The translations under genes were made by a program, and so were the position numbers. A DNA stretch of 64,000 bases from positions 12,049 through 76,048 of IMG/VR virus record IMGVR_UViG_3300032301_001148; one strand, given 5' to 3'. The notes below the pieces were generated by a model, which saw nothing but the letters and a program-made list of their open reading frames with translations, was not told the DNA's origin and made no database searches. This DNA comes from a virus (Duplodnaviria > Caudoviricetes). Below, piece after piece: positions 10,164-20,884 of this stretch; position 1 is the stretch's first letter; every line of letters begins with the position of its first letter.

Positions 10164-10469
10164 ATGAGTAAGCGTCCTGTAAATTTAGAAACAAAACTCC
10201 CAAAGGGAATGCAACCATCATTAGAAAATAATGAATTAATCATAAACAGATTCTTGAAAGCTTGCAGCAAAGAATCCCTAACACAGTATCTTTATGATTA
10301 TTCAGCATACAATAGACGTTTTGATAAGCCAAGCGTTTTAGAACGTCAACGTCAATTACAATATAAGCGTAATGCAAAAAAAGCCAATCAATTGTTAATG
10401 ACTGACCCTGAAACAACTCCTAAAAAGAAGAAGAAAAAAGTCGCTAAACGTGCAGAATCAGCACATTAA
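10164..10469 (+). CDS. rpsU: Divergent ribosomal protein bS21-like protein
   Basis: E.IINRFLKACSKE...RRFDKPSVLER fits the bS21 RRFK...YEKPS pattern; basic; upstream of capsid genes. Confidence 0.55.
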   Translation: MSKRPVNLETKLPKGMQPSLENNELIINRFLKACSKESLTQYLYDYSAYNRRFDKPSVLERQRQLQYKRNAKKANQLLMTDPETTPKKKKKKVAKRAESAH

Positions 10470-10541
10470 TTGTCATTTCAGTGCAATTAATACTAATTAA
10501 GTAAAAGTATTAGTCTTTTTTCCTGCATACAGGAGATATTC

Positions 10542-11876
10542 ATGTCAGAATTGTTACAACAAGCCATCGTTGATGCGACTGCTTTGAAAGAAGCAGCAAT
10601 CAAAAACGCAGAAAACACACTTATTGAGAAATATTCTCAAGAATTCAAAGAAACTGTTCAGAAATTGTTAGAGCAAGAGGTAGCTGCTGCGCCTGACACT
10701 TCTTCTACTACTACACCAACACCTGATGCCGCTTTAACAGCAGCCCCAGCTGATGCAGAAGCTGCTATTGACCCTTCTGCTTTAGACCCAATGGCTGGTG
10801 GATTAAATGCAACAGGCGATATTGGTAAAAAGGATGCATTTTCTAAAGTTCCCGGCGTTTTTTCCGATACTTCTGATGATGAAATGATTACCATTAACTT
10901 TGACCAAATCCGTGCAACATTAAATGAAATGTTAGGCTATGAAACCAATCAAGACCCAACATCAGACGCTTTAGCACAAGGTAAAGCACCAATTAATGTA
11001 ACAGAAGAAGAAGTAGAAGAAGAAATTTCTTCTCCCTCTAAAGTTAAAGTAAAGGTTGTTGGCGAAAAAGAAGAAATGGATGAATTAGAAGAATTAGAAC
11101 TTGAAGAAGCGGAATTAGCATCGCCTGAAGTTGTTTCCGCAGAACAAGAATTAGCTGATAAACAAGCTGCAGTAGCAGGCGCACAAAAGAAAATCGGTGA
11201 TGCAAAAGTTAAAGCTGCTCAAAAAGCTGCTGAACAAGCAAAAGCAGCAGCAGCTGGCGCTGTACCTAGCGCCATGGAAGAAGACATTGAATTAACCGAA
11301 CAAGAATTACAAGAATTAGCTGAAGAATTAAAAGTTGATTTAAAGGTTGGAAATTTAAGCGACGGCTATCTTGGTTCTACCGAAACACAAAAACGCGAAC
11401 AACGTAATGTAGAATTGGCAGCTGCACGTGATGAAGCAGCAGCAAAAGAACGTGAAATAGAAGTTCAAAAAATGAAAGACTTGATGCAAGAAAATATAAA
11501 AGTCAAAGATTTAAACGGTGAATTATTAAAAGCAGTAGAAACATTAAAAGAACAAATGGAAGCAATTAATCTTTCTAATGCTAAATTATTATACACAAAC
11601 AAAGCTCTAGGAAATATCTCCTTGAATGAGCGACAAAAGCAGAATATTGTTGAATCAATTTCCAAAGCAGATAGTGTATTAGCGGCGAAGACAATCTATG
11701 AAACACTTCAAAATGCGGTTGACACTGTAACTAAAGAAAAAGAAGCTCCACAATCACTCCGCGAAGCATTAAATAGAGCACCTTCTCCATTCGTAGTAAA
11801 GAAGTCCTCTGCTAACAGTATTAATGACTTAATGGCAGAAAGAATGAAAGCCCTAGCGGGTATCAAAAAACAATAA
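10542..11876 (+). CDS. Prohead scaffolding/core protein (gp22-like)
   Basis: Very acidic and coiled-coil; between protease and major capsid; ends RMKALAGI. Confidence 0.75.
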   Translation: MSELLQQAIVDATALKEAAIKNAENTLIEKYSQEFKETVQKLLEQEVAAAPDTSSTTTPTPDAALTAAPADAEAAIDPSALDPMAGGLNATGDIGKKDAFSKVPGVFSDTSDDEMITINFDQIRATLNEMLGYETNQDPTSDALAQGKAPINVTEEEVEEEISSPSKVKVKVVGEKEEMDELEELELEEAELASPEVVSAEQELADKQAAVAGAQKKIGDAKVKAAQKAAEQAKAAAAGAVPSAMEEDIELTEQELQELAEELKVDLKVGNLSDGYLGSTETQKREQRNVELAAARDEAAAKEREIEVQKMKDLMQENIKVKDLNGELLKAVETLKEQMEAINLSNAKLLYTNKALGNISLNERQKQNIVESISKADSVLAAKTIYETLQNAVDTVTKEKEAPQSLREALNRAPSPFVVKKSSANSINDLMAERMKALAGIKKQ

Positions 11877-11896
11877 CTATCTTAAGGAGATATAAA

Positions 11897-13672
11897 ATGA
11901 GTAACGTATTAGAAAAACTAACAGAAGGCGTCGTAGAACGCAATATGTTAACAGAAACAAAAGCAATCGTAGGCAAGTGGGAAAAGTCCGGTTTATTAGA
12001 AGGTTTAAAGACCGAACGTGAACGCAGCACAATGGCAGTATTATTAGAAAACCAAGCAAAAGAACTTCTCCGCGAATCAACCACAATGGCAGGAGGTGAT
12101 GTTCAAGGTTTCGCAGCTGTAGCTTTCCCAATCGTACGCAGAGTATTCGCTGGCTTAATTGCTAACGACCTCGTATCCGTACAACCAATGAGCTTACCAA
12201 GCGGCCTTGTATTCTTCATGGATTTCCGTCGTGGCACAAACATTGGTAGCACTGGTGACACCGTATTCGCAGTATCCTCTTCATTATTCGGTGACCGTCT
12301 TGGCGTACAAATCACTGGCGGCGTTCGTGTAGACGGCGTAGACTTTGCTGAAAAGGGTTTCTACAATCTTGCTAACGGCTATAACACATCACGCTACAGC
12401 AGCGGCGTAGCAACTGGTAGCGTAACAGTATCAAGCCCATTCAACTTGGAACAAGGCGGTGCAAACGCAACCGCAGCACAATTAGCAGCAATCCGTTATG
12501 ATGCTGACTTATTAGCAGGCGCTGATGCAACCCCATATGTATCCGCTTCTGTAATTACAGTAGCATTAAGCGACTTAGATTACGGTTCATTAATTGCACT
12601 TGACGATGTATTCGCAACCTCTCTTGTAACAAGCAGCGCAGACGTAAATGCATCAGGTGATTACACAAGCGGCGGTGCATTAGGAGCCAGCGCAAAAGTA
12701 ATTCGTCGCTTGAGCACTATCTCAGGTTCCAGTCTTGTTATGGTAGTTGCCACAACAAGCACAAGCCCAACAAAAGCAAACTTGTTCTCTGGTGCTAACT
12801 TTGCAGTATTAACCTATCCAATCAAGGATAATCTTCAAGCTGTAGGTGCTGATGCTCTCGGCGCAATCGCTGGTGCAACACCTTGGACATTTGAAGGTTC
12901 TACAGCAATTCCAGAAATTGAATTGAAGGTAGACAGCTTCTCCATCACTGCTCGTACACGTAAGCTCAAGGCTCAATGGACCCCAGAATTAGGTCAAGAC
13001 TTGAACGCTTACCACAACTTGGATGCAGAAGTAGAATTAACCTCCATGTTGTCTGAACAAATTGGTCTTGAAATAGACCAAGAAATCCTTAATGATTTAG
13101 TTAAGGGTGCAACAGCAGGCACCAAGTATTGGAGCCGTCGTCCCGGTAAGTTCGTAAACCGTACAACCGGTGCAGAAATTAATGCCGGTTCTCCAACCTC
13201 ACCACCAGACTTCACTGGTAACGTAAGCATGTGGTACGAAACACTCGTTGAAACAATCAACGATGTATCTGCCAACATTCACCGTAAGACATTACGCGGC
13301 GGCGCAAACTTCCTCGTATGCTCACCAGAAGTTGCAAACATTCTTGAATTCACCAGCGGTTTCCGTGCATCTGTAACAAACGATGCAGAAAAAGGTTCCG
13401 TAGGCGCAGTCAAGGTTGGCGATATGAACAAGAAGTGGGATGTAATTGTTCACCCATACTTCTTACGCAACGTAATCCTAGTTGGTCGTAAGGGTGGTAG
13501 CTTCCTAGAAAGCGGTTACGTATATGCACCATACGTACCACTACAATCCACACCAACCATCTTCTCACCAACCGACTTTACACCACGTAAGGCTGTAATG
13601 ACCCGTTATGGTAAGGCAATGGTTCGTCCAGACATGTACGGCCTCGTAATTTGTCAAGACTTGTTGGGTTAA
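11897..13672 (+). CDS. Major capsid protein (T4 gp23-like)
   Basis: LLENQ, VRRVF...VQPM..PSGLVF, KLKAQWTPELGQDLNAYH, EIDQEI, YAPYVPL and MTRYG motifs. Confidence 0.97.
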   Translation: MSNVLEKLTEGVVERNMLTETKAIVGKWEKSGLLEGLKTERERSTMAVLLENQAKELLRESTTMAGGDVQGFAAVAFPIVRRVFAGLIANDLVSVQPMSLPSGLVFFMDFRRGTNIGSTGDTVFAVSSSLFGDRLGVQITGGVRVDGVDFAEKGFYNLANGYNTSRYSSGVATGSVTVSSPFNLEQGGANATAAQLAAIRYDADLLAGADATPYVSASVITVALSDLDYGSLIALDDVFATSLVTSSADVNASGDYTSGGALGASAKVIRRLSTISGSSLVMVVATTSTSPTKANLFSGANFAVLTYPIKDNLQAVGADALGAIAGATPWTFEGSTAIPEIELKVDSFSITARTRKLKAQWTPELGQDLNAYHNLDAEVELTSMLSEQIGLEIDQEILNDLVKGATAGTKYWSRRPGKFVNRTTGAEINAGSPTSPPDFTGNVSMWYETLVETINDVSANIHRKTLRGGANFLVCSPEVANILEFTSGFRASVTNDAEKGSVGAVKVGDMNKKWDVIVHPYFLRNVILVGRKGGSFLESGYVYAPYVPLQSTPTIFSPTDFTPRKAVMTRYGKAMVRPDMYGLVICQDLLG

Positions 13673-13697
13673 TAATTAAAAGAGGTTAAAATCTCTG

Positions 13698-13727
13698 CCC
13701 CGCTACTGAAAGGTAGCGGGGTTTTTT
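13698..13727 (+). terminator. Rho-independent terminator after the major capsid gene
   Basis: CCCCGCTAC-tgaaag-GTAGCGGGG followed by T6. Confidence 0.9.
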
Positions 13728-13787
13728 ATTTGTGAAGAAAGAACATAATTATAACTAATTACTATACTATTTCCCGAGGAATAAAAG

Positions 13788-15092
13788 ATGGCACTTCCTA
13801 ATTTTTCACCTGCTTCACAAATGAGTAAGGTGATTTTACCGCCAACTGGCAACGTTTCAAACGTAACCGTATCCACTTTACCGTTTGGCGTTTATGTATC
13901 AACACAATATTGGACAAATGAACAAATAACAACTTATAAATCAGGCTCTGTAGAAGAAGTGGCATTTGTTTATAAGAAATTAGGCGGTGATGTAGTAGAT
14001 ATTGAATTGGTTGAAACACAAGTTCACGCCGCATACGAAGAAGCATGTCTAGAATATTCATATCTTATCAATCTTCACCAAGCAAAGAATGCTTTACCAT
14101 TTGTTCTTGGACAAGATACAGGCTCTTTTAACAATGATGGTCAATTAACTGGCAGTAATAGCGGAAGTTTATTAAATGCCAATCTTGCATTTCCAAAAAT
14201 GCAATTTACATATGCCAAAAATGTTGGCATGGCGGTTAATACATTAGTTGGACTAAACAGTAATGAACCAATTTATTCTTCTTCATTTAATATGATACCG
14301 GGAACTCAAGATTATGACTTACAAGCAGCTGCTTCTGCTTCTGCGGTGCAATATGGATTTGATTTAAACGATAAACGTATTAATATCCAGAAAGTTTATT
14401 ATAAAACCGCTGGTGCATCATGGAATTTCTATGGTTATTTCGGTGGTTTAAACGTAGTAGGTAATTTAAGTACTTATGGTCAATATGCTGATGATAGCAC
14501 ATTTGAAATCATCCCAGCATGGCAAAACAAACTACAAGCCATGGCGTATGAAGATGCCATTAAGACACGTGTAAGCGATTGGTCGTTTCAAATTCGCAAT
14601 AACATGTTAAGAATATTTCCTGTTCCTAATGCTTCTTCACCAGAAAAATTTTGGTTTGATTTTACTGTTGGTTCAAATGCATGGGAGCAAACTCCACAAA
14701 CTGTTGGGGTTAGCGGCTCTACAATGCCAGCAGAAAGCGGAATTAACGGCATTAACAACATGAATACGATGCCATTTCAAAATTTACCATACGATAAAAT
14801 AAATAGCATTGGTAAACAATGGATTCGTCGTTTTGCTTTGGCATTATGCAAAGAAATGTTGGGTCAAATACGTAGTAAATGGGATAAAATACCAATTCCC
14901 GGCGATTCAGTTACATTAAATGGCGATAAATTAATCAGCGAAGGTAAAGAAGAACAAGATAAGCTTCGTGAAGAATTAAAGACGCAACTTGCAGACATGA
15001 CATATGTTAAGTTGGGAGAAGACAGCGCTAAAACAATGGAAGATGCTTCAAAAACACAAGCATATGTTCCAAATCTCATCTTTGTGGGCTAA
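13788..15092 (+). CDS. Neck/head-completion protein (gp13-like)
   Basis: KKLGG.VVDIEL, W...FALALCKEMLGQIRSK and PG..VTLNG motifs; follows the capsid gene. Confidence 0.8.
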   Translation: MALPNFSPASQMSKVILPPTGNVSNVTVSTLPFGVYVSTQYWTNEQITTYKSGSVEEVAFVYKKLGGDVVDIELVETQVHAAYEEACLEYSYLINLHQAKNALPFVLGQDTGSFNNDGQLTGSNSGSLLNANLAFPKMQFTYAKNVGMAVNTLVGLNSNEPIYSSSFNMIPGTQDYDLQAAASASAVQYGFDLNDKRINIQKVYYKTAGASWNFYGYFGGLNVVGNLSTYGQYADDSTFEIIPAWQNKLQAMAYEDAIKTRVSDWSFQIRNNMLRIFPVPNASSPEKFWFDFTVGSNAWEQTPQTVGVSGSTMPAESGINGINNMNTMPFQNLPYDKINSIGKQWIRRFALALCKEMLGQIRSKWDKIPIPGDSVTLNGDKLISEGKEEQDKLREELKTQLADMTYVKLGEDSAKTMEDASKTQAYVPNLIFVG

Positions 15093-15097
15093 AATAA

Positions 15098-15613
15098 ATG
15101 GCAAGAAAGAAAAAAACAAAAGCTAGCATTGCAGAAAATATTGCAAGACAGCCAGACGCCCCACCGCCACCCCTCTTTTTGGGTGAAAAAGAACGTAATC
15201 TTGTTAAGCAAGTAAATGATGAAATCATTGAACGTGTAATAGGACAAACAATTACCTATTATCCCATGAGTCGTGAACACACAAATTATAATCTTTACGG
15301 TGAGGCTATACAAAAAACTTTCCTTTCTCCAGTTAAAGTTCAAGCATTGGTAGAATGGGAAGGCAGTAAAACAGCAACTCAGGTTTTTGGTATTGACCGT
15401 GTTACTTCAATTACAGTCAATTTTCATCGCAGAAGATTAACAGAAGACCAAGATTTATATGTCCGTGAAGGCGATTTTGTATTATATGGCGAAGTATTTT
15501 ATGAAATTGTTACGATAGCGGAACCAAAAAATTTATTTGGTCAAGTAGATTATAAATTTGAAGTTGTTACAAAGTGCATTAAGGCTAGAGAAAGCGTATT
15601 TAATGCCAAATAA
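15098..15613 (+). CDS. Neck/head-closure protein (gp14-like)
   Basis: YNLYGEA...F, VREGDFVLY motifs; between neck and sheath. Confidence 0.65.
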   Translation: MARKKKTKASIAENIARQPDAPPPPLFLGEKERNLVKQVNDEIIERVIGQTITYYPMSREHTNYNLYGEAIQKTFLSPVKVQALVEWEGSKTATQVFGIDRVTSITVNFHRRRLTEDQDLYVREGDFVLYGEVFYEIVTIAEPKNLFGQVDYKFEVVTKCIKARESVFNAK

Positions 15614-15647
15614 AACAACAATTTATAGCTTTTTCAAAAAAAGTACT

Positions 15648-15657
15648 ACTATTTATA
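15648..15657 (+). promoter_or_regulatory. Representative copy of the ACTAWTTA motif (candidate late promoter)
   Basis: Similar intergenic copies at 7409, 9772, 10492, 13754, 20924, 50709, 54746, 56750 and 63944. Confidence 0.65.
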
Positions 15658-15711
15658 ATAAGTCAGTAGACTATAAATTTTGCCTATAAACTCCCAAAGG
15701 AGAATTGAATA

Positions 15712-18414
15712 ATGTCAGTTTCCAAGTTCAGATTTGTATCCCCCGGTGTGTTCGTCAATGAAATAGACAACTCACAATTACCAAGATTACCAGAAGATAT
15801 GGGACCAGTTATCATTGGTCGTTCTCTTCGTGGTCCAATGATGCGTCCAGTACGTATTCAAAGCTTCTCCGATTTCGTAGATGTTTTCGGTGAACCAGTT
15901 GCCGGTGGTGTTGGTGGTGACGTTTGGAGAGATGGAAATCGCTTGACACCTACTTACGCTGCTTATGCTGCACAAGCATATTTGAAAAATTCTTCTCCTA
16001 TCACATTCGTTCGTTTAGGTGGTTTTCAATATCGTGGCGTTTCTGCTACAACAGCAGCAAAAGCAGGTTGGCAAGTGGGCACAACATACGGTTTATTCGT
16101 TGCAACTGCCGTTTCAGAAAGTGGCGGTTGGAAAGTCACTGGTAGCGCTCCATTAGCTGCAATGATTTATGCTTCTGGTTCATTAGGCTTAGTTGGTAAG
16201 AGCTTAACAGGCTCTGTAGATGACGTATTTAACAAAGAAGCAACTTGGGTACGTGTTGATGGTGCAAATTTAGAATCAAGAATTATTGCTAACGGCGTAA
16301 CATCAAGTTTCAATTTAAATGAAGATTCTAAAAAATATATTAGAAATATCTTAAATGTAAATCCAACCGCTTACGGCGATAAGAAATATTTCCTTGGTGA
16401 ATCATTCGCTTCATTTGTTGAAGCAAAAGGTGTTTCTTTAAATTCAACCGGCAGTGCAGCAATCTTGTTAAAACTAGCTGGTTATCAAAATTTTAAGCAA
16501 GAAGCAGTAGATGCGGCAACAGGTTATATCGTAGCACAACACTTAGGAGTAACCAGTTCATATACTGCTAATGCTAGCGGTTCTTATCCTGAATTACAAC
16601 AATTATTTAGATTCGTTGGTTTAACAGAAGGTGAATGGAACAGCCAAAACTTAAAGATTTCAATTGAAGACATCAAAGGCCCAGCAAATGCCTATGTTAA
16701 GTACGGTACATTCACCGTATCAGTAAGAAAAGCAGCAGATAATGATGTTCAACCACAATACGTAGAAAGATTTACAGGTTTAAATCTAGACCCTTCTAAT
16801 GAAAATTATATTGCTAAGAGAATTGGCGATAAATATACAGAATGGGATTATGACAAAGCATCATATATTGAGTATGGCACATATGATAATAATTCTAAAT
16901 TCATTAGAGTAGAAATGAACACTGACGTAGATGATGCCAAGATTGACCCCAGTTTATTACCATTTGGTTATTATGGTCCAGTAATGTACGCAGACCAAAC
17001 TTTGTCTGGCTCTGGCACTTCTGGCACAGCGGCATCTGCTCAATTGGCAGGCAACAGCATTACTGGCGCCTATATCTATTCAGCAAGTTTCTTGATGCCA
17101 CAAATTCCATTATTGGACAGCAAGGCAAACTCTCCAGTATCTTCATTGTCAGCATTATATTGGGGCGTAAAATCAACTGTTGGCGCAACTAAGACCATCA
17201 ATGCAGATTACCCAGATTTTGTTAGAGCAATACCAGCAACATTTACTGCAACCAAGTATCAATATATGTTCTCACTTGATGACGTAAGTGCATCAGTAAG
17301 CAATGGAGCAATAGTAGAAGCTTCAGGAGCTTCATGGACACAGGATAACAGGCGTGCAGGTACATCTGTTACAGCAAATAATACAATTGACGTATTATTA
17401 AGTAAGTTTGACCAATTCACAGTACCAATGTACGGTGGATTTGATGGTGTAGATATCACAAAACGTGACCCATTCGCAAATACTGCATTAACTGGCGACC
17501 AAAACACAAACTATGCCTATAACAGCGTTAAGGTAGCAATTGAAAGCATTGCAGACCCAGAAGTAGTAGAAATGAACCTTGCTGCAATGCCCGGTATCAC
17601 AGTTTCTGGTTTGAATGGTCAATTGATTGAAAAATGTGAACTCCGTGGTGATTCATTGGCAATCGTTGATTTAGCAGGCGACTATAATCCAGAAGGCACA
17701 ACTGCTGTTGCTAAGAAACCAAACGTAGATACAGTAATTAATGAAGCAAAAAATAATTATGCCAACACAAGCTATGGTTGCACATTCTTCCCATGGGTAT
17801 TGGTAAAAGATACCATCAATAACAATAAGTTATGGGTACCACCATCTGTTGTAGCATTAGGCACCTTCTCTTCTTCACAAAAGAAGACCGAATTATGGTT
17901 TGCTCCAGCAGGTTTTAACCGTGGTGGTTTGACAGACGGCGCAGCAGGTTTACCAGTTCTTCAAACAGCATTACGTTTGAATTCCAAAGACCGTGATGCT
18001 CTTTATGAAGCGAACATCAACCCAATCGCTACCTTCCCAGCAGAAGGCATTGTAATCTTTGGTCAAAAGACATTACAAGTAACTCCATCAGCACTTGACC
18101 GTATCAACGTTCGTCGCTTGATGATTTACTTGAAGAAAGAAATCAGCCGCTTTGCTTCAACAGTATTGTTTGACCCAAACGTAGAAGTAACTTGGAAGCG
18201 TTTCTTAAATCAAGCAGAACCATTCCTTGCAAGCGTTCAATCACGTTTCGGTCTTTCTGAATATCGTGTTATCTTGGACAACACAACAACCACACCAGAC
18301 TTGGTAGATAGAAATATCGTATATGCCAAGATTTTATTGAAGCCAGCCCGTGCAATTGAATTTATCGCACTTGACTTCGTAATTACAAATACTGGTGCAA
18401 GTTTCGCTGATTAA
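15712..18414 (+). CDS. Tail sheath protein (gp18-like)
   Basis: SPGVFVNEID, WFAPAGFNRG, GQKTL, RINVRRL and KPARAIEFI motifs. Confidence 0.97.
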   Translation: MSVSKFRFVSPGVFVNEIDNSQLPRLPEDMGPVIIGRSLRGPMMRPVRIQSFSDFVDVFGEPVAGGVGGDVWRDGNRLTPTYAAYAAQAYLKNSSPITFVRLGGFQYRGVSATTAAKAGWQVGTTYGLFVATAVSESGGWKVTGSAPLAAMIYASGSLGLVGKSLTGSVDDVFNKEATWVRVDGANLESRIIANGVTSSFNLNEDSKKYIRNILNVNPTAYGDKKYFLGESFASFVEAKGVSLNSTGSAAILLKLAGYQNFKQEAVDAATGYIVAQHLGVTSSYTANASGSYPELQQLFRFVGLTEGEWNSQNLKISIEDIKGPANAYVKYGTFTVSVRKAADNDVQPQYVERFTGLNLDPSNENYIAKRIGDKYTEWDYDKASYIEYGTYDNNSKFIRVEMNTDVDDAKIDPSLLPFGYYGPVMYADQTLSGSGTSGTAASAQLAGNSITGAYIYSASFLMPQIPLLDSKANSPVSSLSALYWGVKSTVGATKTINADYPDFVRAIPATFTATKYQYMFSLDDVSASVSNGAIVEASGASWTQDNRRAGTSVTANNTIDVLLSKFDQFTVPMYGGFDGVDITKRDPFANTALTGDQNTNYAYNSVKVAIESIADPEVVEMNLAAMPGITVSGLNGQLIEKCELRGDSLAIVDLAGDYNPEGTTAVAKKPNVDTVINEAKNNYANTSYGCTFFPWVLVKDTINNNKLWVPPSVVALGTFSSSQKKTELWFAPAGFNRGGLTDGAAGLPVLQTALRLNSKDRDALYEANINPIATFPAEGIVIFGQKTLQVTPSALDRINVRRLMIYLKKEISRFASTVLFDPNVEVTWKRFLNQAEPFLASVQSRFGLSEYRVILDNTTTTPDLVDRNIVYAKILLKPARAIEFIALDFVITNTGASFAD

Positions 18415-18476
18415 AGTAAATAATTAAGTTGCCTACTATATAATGTAGTAGGGAATATGTTTAGGAGAATAAATAC

Positions 18477-19067
18477 ATGGCATTTTGGAGCGCAGTAGGT
18501 ACAGAACCAAAAAGAGCACACAGATGGGTAGTAACCTTTCCAGCAGCAGGTGTAAATTTACAACAAATTTCATATGCTTTAAAAAAGGTTGATAAGCCAA
18601 AAGCAAAAGTTGGCGAAATTACACACAAATATTTAAATCATAGTTTTTATTATCCCGGTCGTTTGGAATGGGAAGCAGTAAATATGACTTTTGCCTCTGT
18701 TACTCAAGTAGATGCTAATCAATTAGTTAATGATGTATTGTTAGCAGCTGGTTACGGTGTACCACAGAACGCAGGTATCACTCCAGAACAACGTGCTACA
18801 ATCGGCAAAAATAAATTTGCTGGAGCATTAGGTAGAAAGATTTATATTCAACAAGTAGATGCAGACGGTGAAAAAATTGAAGAATGGGAATTAAACAATC
18901 CATTCTTTACCAGTGTTCAATTCGGTGCTTTAGATTATAGCAGCGAAGAAATCGTAGAAATTTCCTGTACAGTACGTTATGATTGGGCAAAATTAAATAC
19001 TCCAGCATTAACACCCGGAGAACCAGAAATTCCAACTCCACCAGCAGGAAGCCCCGGTATTCCATAG
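18477..19067 (+). CDS. Tail tube protein 1 (gp19-like)
   Basis: EPKRAHRW, YPGRLEWE, FGALDYSSEE.VEI..TVRYDWA; follows sheath. Confidence 0.85.
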   Translation: MAFWSAVGTEPKRAHRWVVTFPAAGVNLQQISYALKKVDKPKAKVGEITHKYLNHSFYYPGRLEWEAVNMTFASVTQVDANQLVNDVLLAAGYGVPQNAGITPEQRATIGKNKFAGALGRKIYIQQVDADGEKIEEWELNNPFFTSVQFGALDYSSEEIVEISCTVRYDWAKLNTPALTPGEPEIPTPPAGSPGIP

Positions 19068-19100
19068 TAGCTTTTATTTAACCTTTTATATACCACCATT

Positions 19101-19805
19101 ATGGCATTTTGGTCAGAACCAAACTTAAGAGAACCATTGCGCCAAAATAGGTGGTATATTATTTTTGGTGATTCTTTAATCCAGCAATACGTTTTTGCTT
19201 TAAAAGAATGTTCTAAACCAGAATATAAAATTGAAACAACTTCTCATGTTCTTTTAAACCATACTTTTAATTATCCAAAAAATCTCGTTTGGCAACCAAT
19301 TACAATTAAGATGGTTTCTGCAAGAGATAAAACAAATAATTTAGCTTCTGTCCTGCAAGCAAGACTAGATACTAATGGATATGTTGTGCCATATTCAACA
19401 CAAGACCAATCAAAAGAACAAAATCAATTATCAAAAGAGTTAATGTCTAAAAACATGGATTTAAGACTTTGTCAAGTTGATGCAAATGGAGCAAGAATAG
19501 AAGAATGGAAATTATATAATCCTATGATTACGAACGTAAATTACGGTTCATTGTCATATGAGAATGATGGGTTTGTAGATATTTCTTTTACAATAACTTA
19601 TGACTATGCAGAGTGGATGGTTAATGCCGATACCGGTATAAATGCAAATATTAGATATGTTAATAATAATGGTAATATAACTAATTTGAAATTAGAAAAT
19701 GCTCCAGAAGAACAAGTAAATATTGCAGCAAGGGGACTTTCTAAAGAAAATGAAGAACCAGTAAGAGTAGGAACTCCCGGTTTTCCTTCCAATACAAGTA
19801 AATAA
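19101..19805 (+). CDS. Tail tube-like protein 2
   Basis: Paralog of the previous gene: both start MAFWS; YP..L.WQPI, YGSLSYE, ITYDYA. Confidence 0.8.
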   Translation: MAFWSEPNLREPLRQNRWYIIFGDSLIQQYVFALKECSKPEYKIETTSHVLLNHTFNYPKNLVWQPITIKMVSARDKTNNLASVLQARLDTNGYVVPYSTQDQSKEQNQLSKELMSKNMDLRLCQVDANGARIEEWKLYNPMITNVNYGSLSYENDGFVDISFTITYDYAEWMVNADTGINANIRYVNNNGNITNLKLENAPEEQVNIAARGLSKENEEPVRVGTPGFPSNTSK

Positions 19806-19862
19806 TAATTTAACATTTTTCTTTTCGTAAGTATAATTAAAACAAGAAAGCGTAGGTAATAA

Positions 19863-20717
19863 ATGCGAAACAATTTAGAACGTCTTGGCGCTGATTTAAA
19901 CAATCAAGATGTTACTGCACCACAACAACTAGAAGAATCAAACGATGTAAAAGCAGCACCATTAAGCTTCATAGTCCCAACAGAGTTTGTCTCCCTTCCT
20001 TCTAAGGGTTTATTCTATCCGCAAAATCATCCATTATATGGTAAGGATAGTATTGAAATTAAGCAGATGACTGCTAAGGAAGAAGATATTCTTTCATCCC
20101 GAAATCTATTAAAAAAGGGGGTGGCATTAGATAAGCTTATTCAATCATTGGTTGTTGATAAAAGAATCAATACAGATACTTTAACAATAGAAGACCGTAA
20201 CGCAATTATTGTTACAGCACGTATATCTGCTTATGGAGCAGATTATTTAACAACGGTTGCTTGTCCATCTTGTGGAGAGAAAAGCAAGCATACTTTTAAC
20301 TTATTAGAAAAAGTTGACGCTGCCGAACAATTGCAGCCAGTATCAGTAGATGAAAATGGCTTATTTACCGTAACCCTTCCAGCAACTAAATGGAACGTAA
20401 AATGTCGTGCATTAAATGGTTATGATGAAAAAGCCATTATGCGCCTTACGGAAGCAAAAAAGAATTCTTCAGAAGGCGATTCGCTTTTGTTAGAACAACT
20501 TAAAATGACTGTCATTTCTATCAATAATGTTAACGATAAAACTATGATTTCAGATGCGTTGAATGCTCTTCCAGCAAGAGATGCTAAATATTTACGTTCT
20601 ACCTATCAGAACACCATTAAAGGTGTAGATATGCGTCATACTTTTAACTGTAAGTCTTGCGATACTCAAACCGAGTTGGAGGTGCCACTGTCCGCAGACT
20701 TTTTTTGGTTTAAGTAG
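19863..20717 (+). CDS. Baseplate hub/tail assembly chaperone (T4 gp26-like)
   Basis: LPSKG.FY, MTAKEEDIL, two CxxC pairs, ends SADFFWFK; upstream of tape measure gene. Confidence 0.8.
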   Translation: MRNNLERLGADLNNQDVTAPQQLEESNDVKAAPLSFIVPTEFVSLPSKGLFYPQNHPLYGKDSIEIKQMTAKEEDILSSRNLLKKGVALDKLIQSLVVDKRINTDTLTIEDRNAIIVTARISAYGADYLTTVACPSCGEKSKHTFNLLEKVDAAEQLQPVSVDENGLFTVTLPATKWNVKCRALNGYDEKAIMRLTEAKKNSSEGDSLLLEQLKMTVISINNVNDKTMISDALNALPARDAKYLRSTYQNTIKGVDMRHTFNCKSCDTQTELEVPLSADFFWFK

Positions 20718-20880
20718 TGATTATCAGCAAAGTATCTACGAAACTTTTTTCTATCTTAAATACTATGGCGGATTCTCGCTTTTTGAGAGTTATAATCTGC
20801 CAATAGGTTTAAGAAAATGGTTTGTAGAAAAACTGCTAGACCAATTAAAGCAGGAAAGTGATGCATATAAGAAGAAGTAA
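20701..20880 (+). CDS. Start-less ORF (gp51-like), probably a frameshift extension of 19863..20717
   Basis: FFGLSSDYQQSIYETFFYLKYYGGFSLFESYNLPIGLRKWFVEKLLDQLKQESDAYKKK*; no in-frame ATG/GTG/TTG after the TAG at 20626; overlaps the T7 run at 20700-20706. Confidence 0.75.
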   Translation, partial: FFGLSSDYQQSIYETFFYLKYYGGFSLFESYNLPIGLRKWFVEKLLDQLKQESDAYKKK

Positions 20881-20884
20881 TTCT

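Noticed and set aside
10465-10514. Inverted repeats ATTAATTG/CAATTAAT and ACTAAT/ATTAGT upstream of the scaffold gene
   Set aside because: Short and AT-only; plausible by chance at this composition
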